A stretch of DNA of 63,556 bases, filler included, from Octopus bimaculoides (Eukaryota): the NCBI RefSeq assembly GCF_001194135.2. It is 6 parts of 5 records of this genome, joined end to end, with 100 filler letters (N's around TTAATTAATTAA, not from the genome) between each part and the next. Parts side by side here need not be neighbours in the genome. Positions count along the whole stretch, not along the records: positions 24,160 to 44,937 come from NC_068988.1; positions 45,038 to 55,152 come from NC_068996.1; 4 more parts are not named here. The stretch is one strand, 5' to 3'. Made by a program: the position numbers and the translations under genes. The notes under the pieces were generated by a model. That model did no database searches. It worked only from the letters and a program-made list of their open reading frames with translations, and was not told where the DNA came from. Shown in pieces: positions 37,667-48,989 of this stretch (positions are counted from its first letter, which is position 1; the number at the start of each line of letters is the position of its first letter).

Positions 37667-37841
37667 GTTGACATGGTTGCTGTATCTTCTTCCAACGGTC
37701 AGCTTATCGATTCGGAGATAACTGACTGCCTCACTTGTTTGTACTGTAAATAATTAACATCGCCTAAGGAGGAGTATTTTGGAGTTGTCTTAGACCATTA
37801 AAACACTCCATCATTACCAACAACACCGAACGACCAACATG
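37667..37841 (+). other. Candidate 5' exon of a divergent transcript ending in ATG|GTAAGT
   Basis: Acceptor-like tttctag at 37660-37666, then ccaacATG followed by a perfect GTAAGT donor at 37842. No partner exon was identified. Confidence 0.3.
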
Positions 37842-40102
37842 GTAAGTGGACAAGGGTCAGTTAATGAACTAACAGATATTGTCTGAATGATTTCTCTTCA
37901 ATAAACCACCCCTCTCTCTCATATATGTGTGTGTGTATGTATGTATGTATGTATGTGTACCCGTATATACGCGTGTCTTGCATCAATTACCGAGTCATTA
38001 AGTCGTTGTTTAAGCCCCAGGTCAGCTCTATTTTAACAGATCTACACGTTCTAGACGTGTACAGGCTTTTGTATATCTAAGAGTACATTAGCCATTTTGC
38101 CCATTATTTTTAAAGACATTAAGGTATGAATCGAGAGAATTTATCTGCTATTTCTAACCAGTTGAGTCGCTTTATGTCATTTGTACACACATATATATGC
38201 GCGCACGCGTTCAATGTATTAAACAGAATTCGGGGGGGGGGGGCAGTTTTGGTGTACCAGTTCCTTGAAGTTCTGTACTTCACGAGAAAGGAATCCTCTG
38301 TGGAGAAATTTTTTGAAAGGAAAAATGTTTTCGAAATCTTAATTTCCGCTGTATGAAATGCAAAAATACTAAAACATTACGGGGGGAAAATGTTCTCTTT
38401 TCACATGAGGTATGGGAATTCGAAGGACAGTTATTCCAAAACTCCACGGATTTCGTTAAACATTACTCGCCACAACATTTATTTATAAAACACAGTTTGG
38501 TGATCTAGACATTTTCACACCTCATTTACCATGTTTTCACATTCTCAGTGAGAGAAAAACCTATTTTTTACCTTTTGAGGTCCAAAGTTAAAGGAAATCT
38601 TGGAGAGAAAAAAAGAACTCCGACATAATAGGGAGGTGGCGTAAGGGAACCATCGAAGGCTAAGTCTTCAGTGAATGTGATATTGTGATAGTATTGAATA
38701 AACATGTAATAACGAATTTGAAGAATTTACCCTTTCAGACCGTCCTTTTACAGTTTAATAATCTATTTCTGTCCCCTGTATTATACGTTCGTTATCATAA
38801 TTGTACATTATATAAACGACGGATCGGTCTGTTATTCATTGGACTTCTTTTCTGTCTTTATAATGCCAGGCGGAATTTCTAAAAGGATTGCCTTGTTACA
38901 ATGAACACAACTTTACAAGATTTCATCCCGATTCTGGTTGTAAAACTAGTGTAAGTACATGTTCAGTATTAAAATATATTTACAAGGAGTTCCCAGGAAC
39001 GGTTGTGTGTAAATGTGTATTGTGGTTTTATCAACATTTTTTTTTATTGTGTGTGTTTGGTTGTTTTACAGCGACTACGACATTATTTACATTTATAACG
39101 CAGTAACTGAATGGATGTCTTCATACGTAGCCACCTAATGTATATTACGTACCTTCTCATACATAGAGACCCTAATATATTTCTTCCCTAACAGAAATAC
39201 CTTGTGTACTTACACACCTTCCCACACAAGGTACCCTGTGTATTACATACCCTTCCATACATACTCTGTGTTTTACCTTCGCACACAAACTCTGATAACC
39301 TGTATTACATAGATGATCTGTATTATCTTCCTACACTCTTAGATATGTATGGACAACAAACTTTCATATTTATTACTTCGTTTTATTTGATAGAAATGTA
39401 AACTTTCTCAGTGTTACTAAACGTGCTTGTGAGTTTACTGCCACGCATTCCTTTAATATTGTTTCTTCGCTGATACTATGGTCCAGATTGCTCCTGCAAA
39501 TCCCTTAATTCCACATTGACTTGACTCGTGACCATTCACCAACAACAGACATACATAGCAATTATTATCCCTTATACTACTCCGTTTAGAAGCTAATTAA
39601 TGATATTTTTGAAAGAAAACATTGACTTTTTCTCACATCTCTACTGATAAACTTTACATACTGTCAGAGAAAAGTCACTTTCATGTTGCATTCTACACTG
39701 TGCAGTTATTAGCCCATAGAAATGACGTGACGAGCCTATTATAAATACAAGCTAATCAAGGACTATTATTGAACTTTCTCTCACTGATGAAAAAGTTACC
39801 GTTTCTGTGGAGATTGGCAAGCCATATGTTTGACATTTTTGTTGGAAGAATTCTGTATTATTTATAGAATATCTTTTCCTAAATTTATTCTTTCAGACAT
39901 AGGCTGTGAACTGACTCACTTGTGGACATGATATGTTGTTGCATTGCTAGTTTCACATATGTGATTTGACACAATGGTTATATGATCTGTATTATTTAGA
40001 TTTTGCAGTTCATTGTGGGAGCTTCATTATTCTGTTGAAAAAGACCTTGTACAGCACAATATTATTTGGAAGCAAATATGACCTCTGTAAATGTTGAACA
40101 AG

Positions 40103-40511
40103 TACTCTTTTACACTTTTACACTTTTACTTGTTTCAGTCTTTTGACTGCGGCCATGCTGGAGCACCGCCTTTAGTCGAAGAAATCGACCCCAGGACTTA
40201 TTCTTTGGAAGCCTAGTACTTATTCTATCGGTCTCTTTTGCCGAACCACTAAGTTACGGGGACATAAACACACCAGCATCGGTTGTCAAGCGATGTTGGG
40301 GGGACAAACACAGACATACAAACACACACACACACATACACATATATATACACATATACGACGGGCTTCTTTCAGTTTCCGTCTACCAAATCCACTCACA
40401 AGGCATTGGTCGGCCCGAGGCTATAGTAGAAGGCACTTGCCCAAGATGCCACGCAGTGGGACTGAACCCGGGACCATGTGGTTGGTAAGCAAGCTACTTA
40501 CCACACAGCCA
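40103..40511 (-). mobile_element. Full-length tRNA-head SINE with a central (CA/TA) microsatellite
   Basis: Complete head (ggctgtgtggtaagtagc...ggttcagtccc) and (gtaaaa)n tail. Confidence 0.85.
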
Positions 40512-41299
40512 CAACAGCAAGATAGATGAGATACACTGAATGATGACACGTTATTGTATAAATAGCAAATAGCAATAATACAATGGATTAGCTGAAGATA
40601 CAATAATCTAAGACAATAACCATGGCGAATATGTGGGAGAATTTGGTAAGGAAAACTTTGCTGCTTAGAACTAAGGTACATACCTTCAAATATATATTGA
40701 AAAAGTGTTTGAAAGTGCCAAAAAGAGTGGTAGTTATAATCATAAATATTTGAAGTACTTGTTAGTTGGTCTCAAGTAATTTGACTTCAACAAAAAATTT
40801 GTCAGGGACCTGCATTAGACTCATTGAAAAGTGAACTCATTATTCAGAGCAGCTACATTTTATTGATGTCCTAATAATATAAAGCCAGGAAATGACAAGG
40901 GTCTTACAGACAGTGTAAAGAACAATAGATCTTCAATAAACAGCTTGGATGAAAATACTAGTTGTGAATGCAAGTGTTGTAAGTTGCTAGAGAATGACCA
41001 ACTAAATACCAAAGTGTTGATAATTTGGTCCATATAAATGACGTTGGTGAGCATTGACAACTCTATAAATAATATATTTGTAAATGGTGCTCAGCCACCT
41101 CTTCCTAGGAAAGTATATTTGAAATTTCTAAGAAGTTTTATATGCAAGGAGATTTCTTGGAAAATATATGTAGAATACACCAAGTACTGATATTAAAACC
41201 AAATATAAGGTAAAGCAAAGCTGTCAAACTGAAAACAAAACAAACTGTTCTCAGAAAAATGGTACATTCCACAAGATACATTAAAGAAATGGGTCATTT

Positions 41300-42300
41300 A
41301 ACACAACTGTCTTTTAGTTCTAATGACAGCCAATGCAGTAATGGCATCTAAAGATCAGGTTATCCTCATCTCTCATGCCAACAGTAGCAGCTCCTAATGA
41401 GTCCTTGGCAAAATGGGCCTATCGGTTAGTTCTTCCCTCTTATAATGTCCAGATACATAAATCCAGTGTTTTATATTGGAAGAGTTAGGAAGCCACATAT
41501 TTGGGGTATTAGGGAGGGGTAACCTAAAAATTCTTGGCCAGCCATTTCAGGTTGATGAGGGTGGTAGAAAGCAAAGTTTTGTTAGAACATGCATTACAGT
41601 TTCCACCTTGGCCAGTTACTTGATGCAATGTTTGGCCATCATGTGCAACATTTTAATGCAAGCAGTAGTTTTGACCATTAGTCCCTGTGTGACATTGTTC
41701 TTGTTGCTTATGAGCTCTAGGACTGAGAAATGAGGGCAAATGGGTGTATATGTCATTGTTCCATAACCTACAGAGTTGGCTACAATAATGTCCATGTAGA
41801 ACCACCTATCATTTTCCTGCACTCTTGTTTTCAATGAAAGTTCCCCTCAACAGAGAACTAGAGCATAAGGTTTTCCTGAGTTAGTTCAGCAGGTCTTTCA
41901 ACTGGATCACATAGCCAGTTTGACTTTTACTGTACATGAACTACCTTCATCATCACATAAGATTTGGAGCTGATGTTCTTGTTTTGCTCTATGTCTAATA
42001 GTAAACCCTGTCACCTTGAGCTGCTCAGCAATGGCTCTCATTGACCTGCTGGGGCAGCCATTGATTATGTCCTGAATCTGCTGGATAAACTTGGCCAACC
42101 TGATAATTTTTGATGACTATGTTTCTCTGACATGTTCCACCAAAGTAAGAACACTTTCTCAACCCTGAACATGAAATACCCAGCTATGTTCATAAAGCTG
42201 GTGATCTCCATGCCATTGAGGTTGCTGGCTACAATAAGCATGGTGTGCTATTTCCTGTTTAGAGCAGGGGGAGATAACCATGCTGATATTGTCAGTAAAT
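41300..42300 (-). mobile_element. Tc1/mariner-superfamily transposase relic
   Basis: FIQQIQDIINGCPSRSMRAIAEQLKV (HTH), ENDRWF, and NTPNMWLPN..TLDLCIW, a decayed WPPNSPDLNPLDY motif. Confidence 0.75.
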
Positions 42301-42604
42301 TTTGAAGTAAAATAAGTTAATATTTGGTACCTGCCTCATAGCATTGCATTAGATCATATTTCACTTATGACCTCCTAAACTTCTGTTCACAAATAGTTGG
42401 GATTTCTATGTGTGTGTGTGTACACACATTCAAATACAATGACAGACTTTCTATAACATTGTAAGTTAAAGAAAAGAATGGATTAAGAATTATTTTCTAT
42501 GTTGTTTATATATTTGTCTTTATACATTTTTGGTGGGGTTGGTTTTGACAATGTGAAGTAATTTTCAAAATTTGAGGAATAAAAATATATATTTCTTTAA
42601 CCAT

Positions 42605-42850
42605 GTTGGTTTATATACATTCAATCAGAGACATTCTATAATCTTGTTTATATACACCCTGTCAGAAACATTCTATAATCTAGTTGCTTTATATATCCCC
42701 AGTCAAAGGAATTCTATATTCTAGTTGGTTTATATCCAGTGAGAGATATTGTATAAGCTTGGTTTACAGACACCTATTTAGAGACATTCTATAATCTAAT
42801 TGGTTTATATACACCCTGTCAAAAACTATATATTATAATCTTGTGGTTTA
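42605..42850. repeat. Minisatellite with a unit of about 35-43 bp, about 6 copies
   Basis: Approximate consensus ggtttatatacaccctgtcagagacattctataatctagtt. Confidence 0.8.
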
Positions 42851-43039
42851 TTGTCAGGAAGACCAGTTCTGAGTATAACTAAAGAAGTCTGCCACTAAAA
42901 CTGCCTCCTGTTTTTGAATAAAAATAGATTACTGGTCTTGTCAGATGAATTTGAACCATCAATGTTATGGATTGAGCATTCTTTACTACTATTGTGCTGG
43001 CAGTCAAAAATTATACAAAAGTGAATTAACCCAAACAAT

Positions 43040-43754
43040 GAATTGGTATATATAGTTAGGGTTGGTGGGGGGAATATGGCGGACTGGGTAGTAATCGAAG
43101 AGAGAGAGGGGGGTCAGGCAGTAAATACATCACAAGGCAATATATTCTTTGGGTTTTCAGTAACAAAATTGAATGAGACAGCAAATGCCTAAATCATGAG
43201 ACAGAAGTGAAAAATATTTTTGGGATTTCAGGAAACAGTAAGTTTAAAGGGAGAGCCACTTCTGCACTTTTATTCTATGGTAGACAAATTTAGAGAGAAT
43301 GAGTTAAAGGAACAATAAACTTGAATAAAGTAAAGAAAAATAAGTAAGTGAAGCGTGGCGATTAAAAGGAATGCGTGAATTTAAGACAAACAGGGAACGG
43401 GCAATGTTTACATGGAAAAGAAATAGATAGATAATAAAGAACGGATGGAGGTGGGGATTATGATCAACACTGAGATAGTATATGAAAAGGTTGAAAGTTC
43501 TTAGCTGTTCATATTCTGGATTTCATATTCTGTCAGCAGAAGAGATTCGAAGTCGATTTGAAGAAAGTGGGATATTGAACTGGTTAATATAGAGTTAGGG
43601 TGGGGGTGGGGGGAAGATGGCAGACTGGGTAGTAATCGAAAATTCCAAAAATATTTTTCACTTCTATCTCACGATTTAGGCATTTACTGTCTCATTCAAT
43701 TTTGTTACCAAAAACCCAACGAATATATTCCCTTGTGATGTATTTACTGCCTGT

Positions 43755-43800
<46 letters not shown>

Positions 43801-43900
43801 TTGATTACTACCCGGTCTGCCATCTTCCCCGCCAACCCTAACTCTATATAAACCAGTTCAATATCCCACTTTCTCCAAATCGACTTCGAATCTCTTACAG
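43040..43900. repeat. Cluster of nested inverted repeats (two overlapping IR pairs)
   Basis: About 43050-43245 is inverted relative to 43645-43855, and about 43545-43640 is inverted relative to 43800-43900. Confidence 0.8.
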
Positions 43901-43904
43901 ATGT

Positions 43905-44937
43905 ATATTATGGCATATCTTTCTCACCTACGCTCTAAGGAATAGAGACTTAATCTCTTGAGTCTTTCCCAATAGCTTATATGCTGCATAGAGGCTATCT
44001 TCTTCGTGTAGCTTCGTTGGATTGCCTCAAGTTCTGAGATTAATTTGACACTGGTTGGTGACCATAGCTGAGAGCAATAGTCAAAGTGGCTTAGGACAAG
44101 TGTCCTCCAGAGGACCATCATGGTTTCCTGATCTCTTGTTCTAAAAGTCTTAAGAATCCATCTGGTCAGTCGCCTGCATTTCATTGACAATTTAGCAACA
44201 TGCACATGAAAGGATGTATTATTACTCATGTAAATGCCCAGTTCTCGCATTGACTGTGTCTCTGGAATTGCAGTCCCTCCGGGTCCAGTGCATTTAATGG
44301 GTACTGCATATAGTTTTCCATGCTGATAGCACAAGGCTTGAAACTTTTCAGCATTAAACTGCATATTATTCTTTTCAGCTCACTTGTATATTTCATCCAG
44401 CTCACATTGCAGGTGCATAGTGTCTTCAGGGTTCTGTATTACCTGTGAGACTTTTGTATCATCTGCATAACTTGTGATCATGGCACTCTGTGTGGCTGAG
44501 GGCATGTCTGAGAGGGCCATTATATATATAAATATATATATACCCTGCCAGTATAGTGACGCTGAATTGCCTCGAGTTCTGCTGTCCACTTGACACTGTG
44601 TGGTGATCACAACTGAGAGCAATAGTCTAGGCGGCTCAGAACAAATGTCTTCCATAGAGTCAACATTACTTTTTGATCCCTTGTTCGGAATGTCCTCAGT
44701 ATCCACCCTGCCAGTTGTCTGCACTTTGCTGTCAACTTGACAATGTGCATGTGAAATGATGCATCACTACACATGTTGATGCCCAGGTCTCTTACTGTTT
44801 GTGGTTCTGGGATTGCAGTACCTCCAGGTCCTGTGTATGCCAGTCGGGAGGCACTTGTGGCCTTGTAGCGCAGTACTTGAAATTTTTTTGCATTGAACTG
44901 CATATTATTTTGCTCTGCCCACTCGTATATTGCATTT
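43905..44937 (-). mobile_element. CR1-clade LINE fragments (two tandem overlapping pieces)
   Basis: SYADDTKV, MQFNAEKFQ/MQFNAKKFQ, LSHFDYCSQLWSP, SYWERLKRLSLYSLERR. Confidence 0.9.
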
Positions 44938-45037
44938 NNNNNNNNNNNNNNNNNNNNNNNNNNNNNNNNNNNNNNNNNNNNTTAATTAATTAANNNNNNN
45001 NNNNNNNNNNNNNNNNNNNNNNNNNNNNNNNNNNNNN

Positions 45038-45620
45038 TCCTTGATCAATTCTGTGAAGTGGGTGGAATTCTTCACGTATGATGTTGACTTTCCTGCTAAT
45101 GGACTGATTATATCCACCAAGAAGCGGTTCAGTGGATGACATGCTGAACCCCTACAGCTCACTATAGGTCTTAGTGGAATACCTTCCTTGTGAATCTTAG
45201 GAAGACCGTACATGTGTGGTGGTTTACTGTAGTGTTGAGTCAGCTGTCTGTACTCCATTGGTGTGAAGTGATCCTTGTTCTTGATCAAGATCTGTGACAA
45301 CTTCTTCTCTGTTTTCAGAGTTGGGTCTTTCTTTACTCTACTGTAGCTACCATCACTTATAAGACNNNNNNNNNNTCTTTCTTTACTCTACTGTAGCTAC
45401 CATCACTTATAAGACTTGCCAATTTTTCGGAGTAGTCAGACTTGTTCATCACCACTGTAGCATTTCCCTTGTCCGCTGGGAGTATCATGATGGAATTGTC
45501 TCTTTGTAGCCTTTTGTAGCCTTTTGATAGTTTGTTAACAACAAACAAGATGAGGACAAATATCCGTCAAATGTAAATAATGTAAATAAAGTAAATAATT
45601 CCTCATCTCTTAAATATAGA
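45038..45620 (-). mobile_element. Penelope-like RT N-terminal fragment with an inverted pLTR tail at its 5' end
   Basis: ILPADKGNATVVMNKSDY and PPHMYGLPKIHKEGIPLRPIVS are PLE RT motifs. 45535-45620 (+; gatgaggacaaatatccgtcaaatgtaaataatg...cctcatctcttaaatatagaac) resembles a pLTR end. Confidence 0.85.
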
Positions 45621-46970
45621 ACGATATATCACATATTATACACAATAATATATCCCATAATCTACATAATAATATATCCCGTATTATACACAATAACATA
45701 TTACACCCATGTTTCATAGCACACAATACATTATAAACGATATCACATATGTTATATAGCTCCATACTAAATTCAGTATATGAAATATCCGACCTCATCC
45801 TGTGTTGTTGTTTTTTTCTCATTGAATTCCGACATAATCGTTATCTACACCATTCAAAGTGTATTTGCAGAAAATTTTATTAAAAAATATTCAGTTTTTA
45901 GAATGCTATGATAAAACAAATCACGGTGTGTGAATTATCCGAAAATCATCTCATTTCCCCTCACTTTCCTAAAAAAATTTCACACTAAATTCCGATACAA
46001 CCTCATTCCACATCATCTAAAATATATCTACGGAAATTTTCATTAAAATATGAACATTTTTCAGAAATTTATGGGTAAAAGAGTCAGGTGATGGGGACAT
46101 ACATATCTATAGTTATGCCGTTGCACATGACTCAGAAACATGGAGGTGGCCCTGATTGTAAAATAGAAACTCACATAAAATTGATGAAACCATGATAGAT
46201 AACAAAAATAAGAAGACTATTGAAGTGGAGGAGAAGGGCATGATACAAGAAAGGTTATAACTAAAATAACAAGAAACATTCTACCGTTATCTACTCTTTC
46301 TCCGTCGCCATTCTTGCGAAAACGGGGTGAATGTGACCTCAACAAAATGTCGGATGACACTGAAGAAGATAATTCAGCTGTTAGATAGGATAGAATGATC
46401 ATCTCCAAGGATAATTATATACAAATTTGACTGCATTTAGTTTAAAACCCCTCTACTAATTTGAATACATCTGCACAGCAAGAAGCAGCGGTAGTAACAG
46501 CAATAAAAATAGTAGCAACAATAACATAAACAACAAACATAATCGCAACAATAACAATAGCATAAACAGCAAAACCCAACCACAACAGCAACAACTATAA
46601 CAGCAGTAGGAACAACAATAATAACAACAGCGACATAAATAACAAAAACATCAGCTACAACAGCCCATGAAGCAATCTCTGAGCGATTGCTCGACCTATA
46701 AATTAGAAAATTACTATTTGTAAATCTCACAACGAGAGATTGCTCGACCTGTTAGAAACAGTAACCAAAGCTATCTTTAAAAGCTTAACCTATCATCTTA
46801 GAAAAGAAGGTCACATTAGTGTCCGACTTCTATCCAACGGTGAAACATCTACCCATCGATGTCTTCTACTGTAGTTTCAGACTGACCGTTATTTTGTAGT
46901 AGGCAGAAATAAGGCATACATATGTATATACAAGTACGTGCGCGCGCACATACACACACACACATACTCT

Positions 46971-47052
<82 letters not shown>
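46971..47052. repeat. (GATA)n microsatellite
   Basis: Directly visible. Confidence 0.95.
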
Positions 47053-48567
47053 ATAGTAACGTTAAAACCTGTCAGCAGATAAAGCAAACGAAAAAGAAAG
47101 ACAAATTTAACCTTCATCAGCTGCCTCGCTGAAGATTCTGACAGTTTCGACGGCTTGAAGCAGAACAACCTACCCTAGTGACGTCAACAACAATGGATGT
47201 GGTTGTTGGGCAATTAAAACAATGAAAATGAGACATAAAAACAAGAAATATAAATACTAGCATTTTAGCAACTGGGGCAAAAGACCATAGATATACCTAT
47301 AATGAAATTAAGGAAGTCATCTTCTCCGTTAAAAAGTTAAAAAAAGTAAACTATTCACTTGTTATAAAGAAAATAAAACGAGGTAAAAGAAGTCAAACAA
47401 CAAGGACGATAGAGAAGGAATGAAAATATACGATATAATACTTTGACGATGTCCTTAGTCAAACAACGAGAGGTAGAAAGATATGTGTGCTAAGTATACG
47501 AGCTGAAATGTGACAAAGAGATCAGTGGTTAGAATGGGAGTAGGAATAAGTGAGCTGGAAACGGAAGGATACAAAGTAAAACATAGATAGAATCAACATA
47601 GAGCGAATGTGGAACACTCAAAGTTGCATTTCTAGGAATTCAGGGACAGTCAATGGGTGATAAAAGCATAATCACAAGCAAATACCCGTAACATATATAA
47701 AATGTTAATGTTATCAAATAACAATTCATATGCGTTTCTGATATTGGCGTAAGCGGTTACGTTTTATTTGTATTAACTGTTGATCATTCAGAATTATTGT
47801 TCGTGATGCTTCTCATCACAATATATTAACACTGACGGTTTGTATCATGAAATAATTCTTTTTTACTGAATGTATTGCGTTTCTGTAAACAGCTGTAATC
47901 TATCACGCGCACGCGCGCATGCACACGCATACACACAAGCATACCTACTTAGGAACACATACGTAATACATAAGTGAAACAACTAAAATTGAATCTTTTG
48001 CATTAGACATAAAGATTATATAAAACTTCACCACCACCGCCACCGTGATCATCGTCATCGTCACAACCAGCTAGCTGTAACTGCCATCATCATTAACATC
48101 ATCAACGTAATTACAATCGTCATCACCAAATATAGCAATTTTAAGGATGGTTAATAATGAAACTAGCACCACTGTCATTGTCATCGCTCCCACCAACACC
48201 ACCACTATCATCATCACCATCATCGTCGTCGTCATCGTCGTCCTTCTCGTCGTCATCATCATCGTCCAGAAGACATCGATAACAACAGGAGCAAACTTCC
48301 CGATAGTAGCAACAACAACAACAACAACAGCAACAATCATGTAACGATTGTTAACATATAAAACAAAAGAGTACATATGATAATTATAGACAATGTAAGT
48401 ATAAAGACTGTCAAATCAGAGAGGAGTGAAAGGGTCAGACGAAAAGAAGCAAAAATGTGAAGAGGAGACGTGTAGTTCTTTCTTTCCTTGTCATTGATCA
48501 TTCAGTTTTTTTTTAACTACCCACTAATCTCTCAGTCCTGTCTCACTCATTAAATCACCAATCCTCC

Positions 48568-48614
<47 letters not shown>

Positions 48615-48950
48615 GACATCTTGTTACATATATTGACATTTCGGACTAATTCCATAATTGAGAGGGAGTAGACGACAATTTGAGATACATGAGATGAAGT
48701 GAGCGAGGTGGTGGGTATTGGATGTGAACGGGCGGGCGAGCGGTATCTTGATGTCCAGAAAGATGGGAGGGGAAAAGAAAGGAGGAGACGAGAGATGTTT
48801 GTATGAATGTGNNNNNNNNNNNNNNNNNNNNNNNNNNNNNNNNNNNNNNNNNNNNNNNNNNNNNNNNNNNNNNNNNNNNNNNNNNNNNNNNNNNNNNNNN
48901 NNNNNNNNNNNNNNNNNNNNNNNNNNNNNNNNNNNNNNNNNNNNNNNNNN

Positions 48951-48982
<32 letters not shown>

Positions 48983-48989
48983 CACACAC

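Noticed and set aside
40880-41035. Open frame NNIKPGNDKG...CECKC with a gtaagt donor
   Set aside because: There is an in-frame stop just upstream, no good acceptor and no homology recognised.
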